From Batkoa obscura (lineage: Eukaryota): DNA of 64,000 nucleotides. Positions within the stretch are counted from its first letter, which is position 1; each line of letters begins with the position of its first letter. Below the pieces are notes generated by a model. The model was not told the DNA's origin and ran no database searches. It saw nothing but the letters and a program-made list of their open reading frames with translations. Made by a program: the position numbers and the translations under genes. The stretch lies in NCBI GenBank assembly GCA_030770535.1, contig JASVEC010000011.1, forward strand, positions 682,001 to 746,000, given 5' to 3'. Shown here in pieces: positions 12,155-25,502 of the stretch.

Positions 12155-13349
12155 GGTATTTACTGAACTATAAATTGATAGTTTTAGGTAGAATATTTTA
12201 AGCAACCTAAGTTCTCAGAAAGAGTTAAGTAATAACTCGTATTTCTATTCCAATTGTCCATTGTTTTCCCAAGAATAGTATTAAGAACTTCATTATAAAA
12301 GTAGTAAAATCATTCTTTTAAGAAATAAAAGCTTATTCCCAATATTACTTTGATAGGAAGGATCTAGGCTTCGAAGACTTGCAATATTAGATTCGAAATA
12401 AGCATATTATGATAATAATGTGTTTTATATTGTTTTTTCAAAATCATACACAAAAAACAATAATAATTTATTTTTGCAAACGTTTAAAAAAATAGACAAA
12501 GTAGACAGCAAATCCTTATTGATATGATAAAAGTATTTCGTATACACAAGCACAAGGGCATAAAAATAATTTACTAATACTCATAGAGTTTAATTTCTTA
12601 ATTTCTTAATTTTTTAATTATATTTTTTAATATATCTACAGAATATTATCAACATTGTATAACATTGAGCTATGTTAAATATTTATAAAGATTATAAACA
12701 AAAAGTTTGATGTATTTTTCAAAATAACTTAGTAGAATTTAATGATGAATTAAATTAAACCAATAGCCAAAGGAATAAATGAAAATATCAATATAATAAT
12801 AGATATAATACAGTAGCATGGTAAGGGAAATATCATGAACATTATAATAAATACTGTGAAAAAAGGGATGTAATGCGATGAGCTTATTAAGGAAACACTA
12901 TAAAAAGCTCCTTTCTCTCTTTTAAAGAACCAATAAAATAGTATTAAAATTTTTTTTGTCAAATATTTATTTTATTTCAGTTTTGCTTATAACAATTAGG
13001 TACAGTTATTTTAGAAAACCATAGCAACGATTTGTATCAAAAACAATATAAAATTAATAGCCCCATTTTTGTTAATATACTTCTTTCTTATAGAAACATT
13101 CAATAGGGAGAGAGATCAATTTGTATAGTAAATAGAGTAACTAAATCATACTTTATCATTTGCCATAAAGTTAAATTGAAAAACATCAATTTTAAAAGAG
13201 CGCTTAAACAGTACTTTATTTAAATAACACAACACCTATTGACATTATTAAATATATTACTAAAATAATTATTATCTATTTGATATCATAATACCCAGTA
13301 CAGTTAACTGTTCTATAAACAACAATCAACAATAAGTTAATTAGATAAA

Positions 13350-13613
13350 ATGCGACCAACTATATGGAGCACTATGAGTTATCAAAAAAGGGAACTTAAA
13401 ACAATATTTTTAACCAGTTTAAGTACAATAGCTGTAAGTAAGGTTGTTGGTAAAACCTATAATTTATACCAAAGTTTGTCGATTAAGGGCTATTTTAAAT
13501 GTATCTCAGGAAATTCTGTAACTGAGACTGTATTTATCAAAGATGAATTTGGTATTTCTATTATTGATCGTTCACAAAAGTGCATTCAACCAGATTGTAA
13601 GACTAAATTGTGA
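13350..13613 (+). CDS. Small orphan ORF (87 aa), paralog of 15116-15343
   Basis: Aligns codon for codon with the second copy (MRP..W....YQK.ELK, GKTY.LYQ, GYF), including several synonymous changes. Confidence 0.5.
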   Translation: MRPTIWSTMSYQKRELKTIFLTSLSTIAVSKVVGKTYNLYQSLSIKGYFKCISGNSVTETVFIKDEFGISIIDRSQKCIQPDCKTKL

Positions 13614-15115
13614 TGAGCTTAGGAAGAATTATTATATTATTATAGTAGATAACAATCATGAAGTAAAGAAATTCTAGAGCAAATTTTTATGTTTTTAACT
13701 GATTTTATAAAACATTGTCAAAAACATTTAATTACTAAAATATCATTTATTGAATTACTATTACTTAATTTTATTTTTAAATTTTAAATCTTTAATAGCT
13801 AAAAATAAACTGAATGAAAGTATTGTAGCTAGTTATAATAGTTATATATATATGTATATATATATAATATTATCGCATTCAAATTAAATCAAGTTTTAAA
13901 AATGATTTTTGTAACTGAGTTAGTGTGTTTTAAATTTTACTTTAAAATCTTAACTTTTTTAAAATAATTTACAGTAGTCTCTATTTTTTTCCTGAATATA
14001 GAATTTCATATAGAAGCTCTTTGGACGTTTTATTTTTATATTTTTTATAATAACTTGGGTGATATTATATATATGTATCATTCCATGTAATTTTGATATA
14101 AAGTGTGAATCTAGTAATGAATGTCTAAGCTTTGAAATTATTTGCCCTATCAGGTATAAAATAAATGTGTTTTGTATATAATAATTATATTACATTATTT
14201 TTACATAATCATAATAATAAAACAATAACATTTATGTAAGATATTAGAGAGGGTGAAGGAATTAAACAAAGTAAAAAGTTAAATATTATATAAATAACAA
14301 AGAATTTCCATATACGTTACATGAGATATAAAAACATTTATAAACATATACAAAATTTAAACCTTAAATTTGCAATAATAATATTATAATTATTTTAAGT
14401 TATAATAAAAATTGATATTATATATCCCTAAATAACGTTAAATATTTTAAAAAATTGTTGAAAATGTTTAATGTACTTTTTCAAAGTATATAAAGTGATC
14501 CAACAATATAATAAATCAATTAGACCAATAAGCAGAAGAATAAATAAAAAAATAGGTATAATAATGGATACAATATAATAACATAATAAAGAAAATATTA
14601 AAAAAAATTTGCAATCATAATAAAAATATATGTGGTGAGCACCTTATAAGTTGCTATAAATACTCTCTCCTTCTTTAAAAAATAAATTAAGACTACAATA
14701 TTAAAATAACATTCTCTTAATTATTTAATTTGGTTTGATTTTTATAAAGCCCTTGTGTAATAATATTAAGAAACTCACATCTCTGAAAATATAAAAGGTT
14801 TCTGCTAAAAATATCACAAATAGAAAAAACCATATATTTGTTAGTAGATAACTTTATTTTAGAGATAACGTTTAACAAGAGCATAATAACCTGTCAAGTA
14901 AATAGAGTGATTAATGATATTTTGATAATTTCTATAAAGTTAATTATAAAGAAATAAGATTTAAAAGATAGCTTAGTAGTGATTTATTTTAAATAATACA
15001 TAAACTTACTCATATAGACAATTTACTAATTTAAATATCACTTATACAATACTCTAATATCCAATAAAGAGAGCTTCTCTGTACATATATAGTAAACAAT
15101 AATCTAAGTTTGAAA

Positions 15116-15378
15116 ATGCGGCCAATTTTATGGAATATCATTGGTTATCAAAAAAAGGAATTAAAAAGAATAGTTGGAATTAGTTTATGTACAATAACTG
15201 GAACTAAACTGCTTGGAAAAACTTATGATCTATATCAAAAATCGTCATTTGATGGCTATTTTGAGTTCATCTTGGGAGGTTCTAAAACTCAGTTTGTATT
15301 TACTAAGGATAAATTTAGTACTCTTTATATTTCGTACTGGTAAAATCATATAATTAGATCATAAAGTTAAATTGTAAT
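15116..15378 (+). pseudogene. Second copy of the orphan ORF, C-terminally frameshifted
   Basis: Stops at 15343; the homologous tail (GAT CAT AAA GTT AAA TTG TAA) lies in another frame. Confidence 0.45.
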
Positions 15379-15839
15379 GAGTTTGAGAAGAACGAATATC
15401 AGTATTAATCAGAATAATACCGTTATTATTAAATAAAGTATAATTTTTTTATAAAGTTGATCAATTGTATTAAATAAACAATCGTTAAAGCTTTATGTTT
15501 ATTAGTAAGATAACTTAAACTTTTATAACAAATCTCAATTTCTTAAATATAATTAAACTATAAATGAAAATAGTATATACTTAATAATAATAATAATAAT
15601 AGTTACATGTATATTTTAAAACATGACCAACTTAAAATAAATCTATATATTAGAATGTAGCTTTTATAAATTAATTAAATCTATATATAGGCTTATATAA
15701 TCAGATTTTACATGTTTCAAGATAATAAAAGATAGAATATTATTTTTTTCGAAAATACTTATAGGTCAAAGGTTACCCAGCAAGTTTATAGGAAATTATT
15801 TTGATTTTTAACAAATAACAAAGGCCGATATGCTTATCC

Positions 15840-15946
15840 ATATGGGGATGTATTTTTGTATTTAAGAATTTTACTAACAATTTTTCCACTCAAATAGCGC
15901 TTAAAAAATGGAAAAAGTAATGAAACCAAAAAAAACATCCTCATAT
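15840..15946 (+). mobile_element. MITE copy 5
   Basis: Family consensus, ATAT flanks. Confidence 0.9.
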
Positions 15947-16268
15947 ATTAATAAAAAATAATTTTTTATTACATCTATCTTTTATTTTCAGTTTAGAGTT
16001 TAGAAGTTGAACAAACTCCAGCTAAACTGATTGTTAAAAACCATCCTACTAACAAATTTAAAAGCAAATGTAAAAGTTCCTATTTCAGCACTTTATTAAC
16101 TTTTAAACATATATTTTGAAGAACTAAAAAATCTTAAATATGCTCAGATTGAATTTTATAAATTGAATCAATATCTAAATCCCCTCTCCAATTTTAGTAA
16201 ATTACATAATTAGTAAATTTTAAAAACTGAAATTATTTAAGTACTACTTTTATTTAAAAATCAAAGTC

Positions 16269-18944
16269 TTATTTGACGAAATGATTGACAGCTTCAGCTA
16301 GATGAAGCACTATTTTCATCCTTTCTACATTAGCTGATAAACGTTCTCTATTAATAGCATCTATCTTCCTTTGAGCGAGTTTAGATCTTCTACTAGGAGA
16401 TGGCCAGACTGTAGCAGTAAACTCAAATGACCAGAGGCGGAATACTAATACTTTGACAATATCTAAAATTATAAAGTAAACTAAAGAAATACCAATAACT
16501 GCGAATCCCCAGACTGGTCCTACTGGTGCAATTAACTTAGGAATACCAAAAATTGTAATTAACATTGCAAATACCTGAGTGCCCATAATTGCGACAAAGA
16601 AGAACCAGGATGGTAATGAAACCCAGAAAAACCCAGCTAATCTGGTAGAAAAGATAAGGAAGTGAGGAGCAGATGAGATATGAAGGTACATTACTGATTG
16701 TAACTCTCTTAATGGTCCAGGATCGAGACCAAATACATCTTTAGCAACATAGAAATGAGCAAATGAAAGGCCAGTTAAGAAGAATCCTAAAAGTACAGAC
16801 AAGAAAATCAATTGCCCAATTCTCCATTTATCAGGTTTTTGGGAAATTTGAGCATTATCAAAAGCGATTACAATAGTTGCAAGATCGTTAAGAACAGCAA
16901 TAAAGATTAATAAAACAGGATCCATATGCCAGTCTTCAATTAAAATGATACAGAAGAAAAAGATCAAAATATGTACAGTTGAGGTAATTCTATACAATGC
17001 ATAGGACCTCATTCTTTGGAAAATAGCTCTTGAAGTAGTAATACCATCAATAATAGTAGATAAACCTGGTGCTAGTAAAACAATATCGGCAGCAGATCTA
17101 GCAGCATCAGTACAATCATGTACAGCAATACCAACGTTAGCTTTCTTAAGTGCTGGAGCATCATTGACACCATCACCAGTCATACCAACTAAAAGCCCTT
17201 TAGCTTGCAAAAGTTCAACTACTCTATATTTATGTTCAGGAATTACTTGGGCAAATCCATCAGCCTGGAGACAACGTTGAGTAATTGTTTCCTCATCAAC
17301 ACCTTTTTCAACAAGTTTATTAGAATCAAGAATAGCCCTTTGCATACCTAATCTGTGAGCTACTTCTTTGGCAATAATTAATTGATCACCGGTAATCATT
17401 TTAACTGTTACACCATAATGATGGCATTTTTCAACGGTATCTGCAGAATCAGGTCTAGGAGGATCTAATAATGATATCATACCTACTAAATGCCATTCAT
17501 CAGGTTTACCAGGGAAGGTTCTAGCAACCCCTAATGCACGTAACCCACGGCCTGCAAGATCATTGACTGCTCTTACACCCTCATCATGCCCACCTACAAG
17601 TTTGACCATAGTTGGTGGTGCACCCTTTGAAACCATAAAAGATTCATTGGTTGCAATATCAGTAACAGTAGCTTGAGTCCTTTTCGAAGTTGGATTAAAT
17701 GGAACAAATGATGTTACTTTAAACCCTGGAATAGAATGCTCTTTATCTTTGGGAAGATTTTGAAGCACAGAAACACCTTCCTTGGCAGCGGAACGGACAG
17801 CTTTTTCAATAGGGTCATTTGCTCCAGGTTCAGATGCAATATAAGAATATAAAAGGATATCTTCTTTTGTATATCCTTTAGTGAGGTAAGGTTCATCAAA
17901 AGTAAGTTGATTAAGAGTAAGGGTACCAGTCTTATCAGAACATAAAATTTTTACCGATGCCATTTCTTCTACAGCAGTTAATCTTTTAACAATGACTTGT
18001 CTTGCGGCAAGTTGCTTAGCACCAACAGCCATTGTAACAGATAATACAGTTGGTAATCCGACTGGGATAGCAGCTACAGTCAAGACAACAACTTGTTGAA
18101 TAGACTGAATTGGATCTTCAGCATGAGTTTTGACAAGAAGGTAGATGAGAAGAATAACTACCATAACTGCAGTTACTAAGACCAAGAAATTTCCTATTTG
18201 ACCAATAACTTTTTGGAAATGACCTTTTTCATTAGTAATCGAGATAAGGTTAGCTGCTCTACCAATAAATGTATCACTACCAGTCTTTGTAACAACGGCC
18301 ATCATTTGACCTTGTTTAACAATAGAAGATGAGTAAGCAGTTGAACCACGTTCTTTAGTGACGGGTAAAGATTCACCAGTAAGAGCAGATTGATCAATTT
18401 GTAAACCAGCATCTGATTCTTCACCAGTAACAGAAATACCTAATAAACGACAATCAGCAGGGACGATATCACCTAAACGCAAGACAATGATATCACCAGG
18501 AACCAATTCAGCTGAATCAACTTCAACTAATTCTCCATTTCTCCAACATTTGGTCTTAAGAGCCAATGTGTTTTTAAGAGCATCTAAAGCGCTTTCAGCT
18601 TGTGCTTCCATCAAAAACCCAATTAAAGCATTCAAAAGGAGTAAGAACGCAATAATACCAAAATTAATCCAATCTTGAGCCACACCAGAGAAAATTAAAG
18701 CAACAATAATTAATATAGCAATAGCATCAGTGAAATATCCTATAAACTTCAAAAATGGATTTGTTTTATGCTCAGCAAGTTCATTTCTTCCAAATTTTTC
18801 TAATCTTTCTTCAGATTCAGCCGTAGTAAGGCCTTTTGTGGTATCTGTATGAAGTAATGCTTCTAATTCTGGAGAAATGACATCTTCAGCTTCTTCGTGT
18901 TTGTGTTCAGTAAATTGAACTTCTTCCTTATTTTCAGTAGCCAT
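16269..18944 (-). CDS. PMA1: Plasma-membrane H+-ATPase (P3A P-type), intronless
   Basis: TGES, IPVGLP, DKTGT, KGAP, DPPR, TGDGVNDAPALK, YALYRI, LND in M6. Confidence 0.95.
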   Translation of the reverse strand: MATENKEEVQFTEHKHEEAEDVISPELEALLHTDTTKGLTTAESEERLEKFGRNELAEHKTNPFLKFIGYFTDAIAILIIVALIFSGVAQDWINFGIIAFLLLLNALIGFLMEAQAESALDALKNTLALKTKCWRNGELVEVDSAELVPGDIIVLRLGDIVPADCRLLGISVTGEESDAGLQIDQSALTGESLPVTKERGSTAYSSSIVKQGQMMAVVTKTGSDTFIGRAANLISITNEKGHFQKVIGQIGNFLVLVTAVMVVILLIYLLVKTHAEDPIQSIQQVVVLTVAAIPVGLPTVLSVTMAVGAKQLAARQVIVKRLTAVEEMASVKILCSDKTGTLTLNQLTFDEPYLTKGYTKEDILLYSYIASEPGANDPIEKAVRSAAKEGVSVLQNLPKDKEHSIPGFKVTSFVPFNPTSKRTQATVTDIATNESFMVSKGAPPTMVKLVGGHDEGVRAVNDLAGRGLRALGVARTFPGKPDEWHLVGMISLLDPPRPDSADTVEKCHHYGVTVKMITGDQLIIAKEVAHRLGMQRAILDSNKLVEKGVDEETITQRCLQADGFAQVIPEHKYRVVELLQAKGLLVGMTGDGVNDAPALKKANVGIAVHDCTDAARSAADIVLLAPGLSTIIDGITTSRAIFQRMRSYALYRITSTVHILIFFFCIILIEDWHMDPVLLIFIAVLNDLATIVIAFDNAQISQKPDKWRIGQLIFLSVLLGFFLTGLSFAHFYVAKDVFGLDPGPLRELQSVMYLHISSAPHFLIFSTRLAGFFWVSLPSWFFFVAIMGTQVFAMLITIFGIPKLIAPVGPVWGFAVIGISLVYFIILDIVKVLVFRLWSFEFTATVWPSPSRRSKLAQRKIDAINRERLSANVERMKIVLHLAEAVNHFVK

Positions 18945-19551
18945 ATTAAATTAATTTACAATGTCAATATAACACTTAAATATTATTAAAATTCAAAAGA
19001 ATAAGGATGATATAAGCCCTCAGTTTGAAAGATAAGATAAAATATTTAATTGAAGTATGAATATAAAAGCCTTTTTAAAAAAATAAGTAACTAAACTGCC
19101 TGTTTAAATAGTTTTGTAAATCATGCTATTTTATCTTTAATGAGATTGGTATAGACTTTATATGAAAGAATTCTATTTAAAGTAGAGATCTGATTTCATT
19201 CTTATTTGAAATGAGGTCGGTTCAAAATAAACCGATTACATTAATAATCTTTGACCAATTAAAGACATATTTTCTCACTTTATGACTTTCCATGGTGCGA
19301 TAACATACTTTTTTGCAAATTTTAGAAAATTTATAATTTAACTACTTTCCCCATAAAGCTTAAAAAGAGATTAAGATAACCAAGCTAACTTTATATTCAA
19401 TTTATTCAGACAAAATTTAATTAGCGTTAATTAAAAATCAACCTAAAAAAGAAAAAAATTAATCAAAATGGCTTAAATTTTAATGAGTGTAATTATCTAG
19501 AAAACAAAATATATTTGCTATAGTGAAATAAATAAATTAAAAATAAGTTAT

Positions 19552-19631
19552 TAAAAATAATGTAAAAAATGTGTAAAAAATATGTAAAAAATATGTAAAA
19601 AATAAAATAAAATAAAATAAAATAAAATAAA
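19552..19631 (+). repeat. Simple repeats: AAAAATATGTA-like units then (AAAAT)n
   Basis: Direct reading. Confidence 0.8.
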
Positions 19632-20411
19632 TTTATTCAACATTGTTTTATTAATCCAAATCAAGATAACTTTAAATAGCTTTAAACTTCACAAAACGAA
19701 TTCCAAATTTAATAGCCAACCGGTTTACTATTAAACTAATCTTTAAAACTATAAAATAAAATACTGCATAAAAATTAATATATAAAATACCCTTATAATC
19801 ATTCCAAAAAATGCTAAAATATATTTGCAATATGGTAAAAATAAAAGAATAAATTCTTAAATGTAAAACATGAATCGTGAATTGAACTGTTTACTAATAA
19901 TAAAACATTATGAATTTGATGAAAATAATGAATAATAATTCATAAATTATATTTTATTAATACTTTTTACTTTACTTTAAAAATTGAACTCTTACTAGAT
20001 ACTCGATTTCAAGACTCTATCCCAACAGTGAAGAATTGAAAATCAAATCTTTTAAGTCATCATGGCTAACACCCATTAACCTGATAGCTTAAACCTCTTG
20101 AATCACTTTAAGAGGTAATAAACTTAGTAACGGAGTTATTTAAATCCTTAAAACTTGTTAAAATCTTATTATTATAATTAAAAATCAGTGTTTTATAGAT
20201 TTAATGTCAAAAAATAATATATATATAATAAGATTTCATTCTTAACTCTTTTTAAAAAACTGACATTTTAATAATTCTGCCAATATAGTCATTGAATTAT
20301 TAAACCAAAGGTTCAATAATATTAAATTATTTAAAATTAGAATACAAAGCTTTTTATAATAAAATATTTTTATAATTTGATATCTATGTTTAAATAATAA
20401 ACTTAAATTAT

Positions 20412-20518
20412 ATATGGGGGTGTTTTTTTTGGCACTATCACTTTTTTCATCTTTTAAGCACCATTTGAATGGAAAAATTGTTGGTAAAATTCTTAAATAC
20501 AAAAATACATCCCCATAT
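20412..20518 (-). mobile_element. MITE copy 6
   Basis: ATAT-GGGGGTGT...TACATCCCC-ATAT. Confidence 0.9.
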
Positions 20519-20843
20519 ATGTTTGAAAGCTTAGTTAAAAGTAAAAGTAAAATTTTCTAATTCATTTTTTATCCATTTCCTATATAGCATAAAACTTTAA
20601 AAAAACTGTTAAGTAAAGCTGAACAAAAAAATATTTTAATGTAAGTTATTCAAATTAAGCAAAAAAATAAAAAAGCAAAAATTTTAATAACATTTAATGC
20701 TTAATTTGCATTTTTTGCTAAAAATCAAATTGAACAAAATTTAAACTAAGCTTAGACTGACTTACATTTAAAAATAAATATTAATAATTTAATAAAATAT
20801 TATAATCACTTATAGCTTATTTTAATTATTATATATATATATA

Positions 20844-20950
20844 ATATGGGGGTGTTTTTTTTGGGTTCATTATTTTTTCCATTTTTTAAGCGCTATTTGA
20901 GAGGAAAGATTGTTAGTAAAATTCTTAAACAAAAAAATACATCCCCATAT
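20844..20950 (-). mobile_element. MITE copy 7
   Basis: ATAT-GGGGGTGT...TACATCCCC-ATAT; near identical to copy 8. Confidence 0.9.
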
Positions 20951-21746
20951 ATTATCTATTTTTAAACTATAAATTTTTTTTTCAAATATTATTATTGTTC
21001 TAATAAATTTTATGTTATATAATATATTAATTAGTAAAGTTTTATTATTTAAAATAAATAACATGTTTTATTTAATTAAATATTTTGAAATAAAACTATA
21101 TTTTTAATTAAAATTTATATTAAATAATATTTTTCATCATATTAAAAATAAATAAAAAAGTTTCAAACACACTTGATGCATTATTATAACTATTAAATTT
21201 TAAGCTAAAATAGTTGCTAAATTTGAATGTAACCCATTAAAGCTTCAACTAAAAACATTTTTCTGCTTAGATTTAGTTTTGAATTTAGAAATTAAAAATA
21301 CAAAAACATTTTTTCTTGAACAATCGAATCAATGCTTTTTTAAAAAGATGTTAGATTATTATATTTACAAAAAATAAAAATGTTTTTTAATCTAGCTCTT
21401 TATTTATTTCTGTTTAATATACTAATCGCTTATTATTTTAATAGTTTAAAAAAAACTTCTAAGCTTAATTCAAGAAAGCCAAATTTTGTTCCTTTTCAAA
21501 TTTATGTGATTTCAAAACCAATCAATTCATTATAATACGAAACTTTGCATTTTTTTAACCAATAATCCATCAACAATTTACCAAACCAACTCTCATCATT
21601 ACCTTGTGGAAACATTGAATCAACTACCAATTTTTAATAGTACCATGTGAAACCCAAAGCTTTAAGCTTCCAATTTACCAAGGAAGCTAAGTTCTTAAAT
21701 CACAAATCATTTTGGAATTTTATTTCTTTTACAAAGAACAATAAAG

Positions 21747-23363
21747 ATGAAAAAGGTTACAGAGATTGTCAAGGAAAGTCAACTCAAAGAAAATAAAAAT
21801 GAAATCTTGGCCTTTTTGTTATTTATGTTTAGTGCTTATACCACTACAGTGACATTAAATGGTAAGCTTTTGTTCATTCTATTTAATAAATTTATTGACA
21901 ATCTATATCTTAAAATTAGTTTATTCCGTATGGAACTTTGATATTTTACATCATTTATTATTACAACTATTATCTGCTGTATTTTATTTATTTTTTAAAT
22001 TAAATGGTAATCAATTGAGGTTAAAAGCACCAGCAAAGGTGGATTTAATCAAAGAAAATCCAGAAGAAGAGAAGGTTCTTAAAGATGACTTAGAAGAGAA
22101 AATAATCCTCACCGATAAACCTAAAGAATCTATAATAACTGAACGTTTGAATAAAGCAAAGGAGAATGTTAAAATAAACAAAGCACCAGTACATAAATAT
22201 ACACCAATGATTGAAGAATTAACTACCGAATTTTTAAATAATGTTAAAACTCCTATAACTCATCAACCGGAATTATGGGAAAATATAGTGAATTTAACCT
22301 ACCCAATGGAACTCATTGTTAGTCGACACAAAAAACTAGCTCATTGTTATACGATGACAACAATATTTGATAATACCCCAGCCAATGTATTTGATATCTT
22401 TAATTCACCATCTGAAAATGGAAGTTCTTCAGGCTATATTGCAGTTCAAGAAGAAATTGAGATCGTAGATGCAAATACGTCCATTATTTATATTTGTACT
22501 AAAAGTATTTGGCCAACTTCAGCAAGGGATTTATGTGTTATTAAAAGTTCTACAGTGTTAAAAGATGGTAGTATTATTTCTGTTTTGAAAAGTGCCCAAC
22601 ATGAAAGAAGAGGTAAAGGTTATAAAGATAATGTGGTCAGGATGGAGATCTATTGTGCAGGAACAAAGTTTGAAAAATATGGTAAAAATAAATGTAAATT
22701 AACTATCTTCTTCCATGGAGATCCAACAGGGTGGATTCCTAAATCACTAGTTACCTTTAGTAAGTTTCATTTTATTGTTTTTTATTATGAGAATATTAAT
22801 GAATTTTTGTTTAAATAGTTGTTTCAAATGTATTACCATCCCAATTTGAAAAAACTAATAAAAAAGTCAAAGGTTTATCACCAAAAGACAAACCTTCGTT
22901 AATATTAGATTATAATCAAATTAATAAGGAAGAAGATGAAAAAGAAGCTATTATTGAAACAGAAAATAATAAAAGAGGGATTTCAATTATTAATAAAATA
23001 GATGATGAAGTTAAATTACCTATAAAACAAGAGAATACAAACATTCAATCAATAATAAGTAATTCAAATAATGCAAGTAATCTAACTACAGAGTCTATAA
23101 CAGAAGAGAAAATAACAGAATCAATACCCCCAATTAATATAGAAATTCAATCTAAAGAAGTCAATATTAATCCAGAATCATCAAATATAAAACTAAATTC
23201 ATTACCAATTATTACCCCAAGTAAACCAAGCATATGGGAAAGAGTTAAAGCAAGATTTTTTAGTGGTAGTTTATTAAAAAGATTATTAGGTACTACAACA
23301 CCATTAATATTAATTACAGCATTATTTGCTATTTTAGCAAAAAGGAATAGGATTACTTTATGA
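21747..23363 (+). CDS. START (lipid-binding) domain protein with N- and C-terminal hydrophobic segments, 3 exons
   Basis: TKSIWPTSARDLCV, VVRMEI, HGDPTGWIPKSLV START motifs; introns at about 21862-21919 and 22760-22818. Confidence 0.85.
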
Positions 23364-23715
23364 TGAGGGATTTTATAAAGGAAAATTAAAAGTAGATATT
23401 AAATGGGATTAATTTGGAATAAGATATATATTAATTGAAAGTGATGAGATGCTCTTTTTGAGTTTTAATGTATGTGAAGAGAAAGTAATAATTAGATTTG
23501 GAAGTGAATAAGTAAATAAAGCTAAGTTTAATTAGTTGATTTTTATAATAAAGTATAATTTTAATAGTTATTTGTTGTTTTTATATTAATTTGATTATAG
23601 CTTATATTTGATCATTTGATTTATTCATTTTAAAATGCATTATAAATAAAATTATAAATATCAATAGTTTCCATTATATGATAATAATCCTTTTTTAATA
23701 ATAGAAATATTCAAA

Positions 23716-24378
23716 ATGAATTGGATGGGAGGTAAAGGGTAAGTATTTAATTAACTATTCAATAATAATATAAATTAAAATAATTAAAATAGTTTTAAAA
23801 ATCGAAATATTAAAGATCGATTAGCTAGTTTAAATCAAAATAAAAAACAAATAAATTATTTGAATTTAAATGAAGATGCTATTGATATTCAAATATTAAA
23901 TAATCCAATTTTAAATTATTTTGAAGAATCTGAAAACAATAATAGTAATAAAGATAATAATCATCACAGTACAAATATTGAGTTAGAAAATAATGCTCAA
24001 GTATTATTAAGCTCTAATCAATTGATTGAAAGTGAACAAGTCAATATTGATGTATTTAATAAAATAGAGGATGGGTAAGTATATTAAATAAAATCAATTT
24101 TAATTTTGGTTTTAATTTTAATTTTAAATTAAAGGAATTTTACATCAAACAATACTAATAAAATCAATAAAGATTCCATAACTAATGAAAAGGTAATTAT
24201 ATTAATTAAAACTATAAAACATTAATATTAATATTAGTAGTCAATTAAAATTCAAAATCTTCAATTTGAAAAACAATACAATACAATATTTACCACAATT
24301 GATACTATTTTAAAGCAATTAATTGAATTAAAAACTCAATTAAATCAATTAAATCAATTGAATCAAACATTCAATTAA
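23716..24378 (+). CDS. Small 4-exon protein with a HEIP1/REDIC1(C12orf40)-like N-terminal motif
   Basis: Exons 23716-23738, 23793-24074, 24135-24192 and 24241-24378 join in frame: MNWMGGKGFKNRNIKDRLASLNQNKKQINYL..., with a coiled-coil-like C-terminus. Confidence 0.65.
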
Positions 24379-24521
24379 ACATCAATTTAATATACTTATT
24401 TCATTTCCTTAGCCATAATAAAATTCAAACCAATTAACTACTATAATTTTAATTATTCAAATATATCATTTTTTATATAAAAAAAAGATTGAATTATAAG
24501 ATAATTATTTAAAAATAATGC

Positions 24522-25440
24522 TTATAAATATTCCACATAATTACTTGGAAATTGACCAGTAACTCCATTTAAAGTACCTAAAATAGTTAATACATAAATA
24601 ATTGTTACTATGATATATATAATAAACTACCTTCACTCCATCCAGAATCATCTTCTACTTTAGTGAGTGTAATAATATCTCCTACACGTATATTTAAATC
24701 ATATTCGGACTGTGCTTCAAAATCATATAATACACGAACTAATCAAAATAAAAAAATAAAAAAAAGTTTCATTTCAATATTAATATTATTAAAATTTACC
24801 TTGAATTACTTCTGATAAAAGATTAATATGATCAACAATACTACTTTGATCCGCTTCTATTTCAATATAAGTTCCTGGTACAAGTCCTATATTACCATTT
24901 GACATTGCTTTTACCCACCCTGACCCATCATCTCCTTCAGTAATTTCAATCATAGTCCCCGCAGTTATACTTAGTTCATTGTCATCAGTAGCCTCATAAG
25001 AATATAATACTTTAGCCATGGGATATATTCCTTGTATCTGTGATTGATTATTTACTCCTCCCACAGAGTGTTGACTATCAATTGAAGAATGATGAGTAAG
25101 AGATATAGGAGCTGATAGAACTGGAGAATGTAAATTTGAATTTCCAAACTCAGGTGTTTGTGGTTGAATAAATTGGTCCGGTATAGGTTGACGTAAATTA
25201 TGAGAAGTTAAATTATCACTTGTTGAATTTTTTAAAAAAGGAGCTGTTTTATCTATATTATAAATAAACAAATAAATAAAATATTAATTGATAATGAGAT
25301 AAAATATAAACTAATATTACCTTTTAATGTACTAAAATCCATTTGTTCTTTTCTTATTGATTTTGCACCCCCTTTGATTTGTGTACAATTTGGGGGTACT
25401 TTAAACTCACAATTGGCATGACAATTGTATTTACAATCTA

Positions 25441-25502
<62 letters not shown>

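Noticed and set aside
15110..15343. GKT...FDGY resembling a CRESS-virus Rep helicase
   Set aside because: No proper P-loop, spacing too short, and the motif is not kept in the paralog
20242..21064. ORFs 20242-20502 and 20870-21064
   Set aside because: They run through MITE copies and AT-rich DNA; spurious
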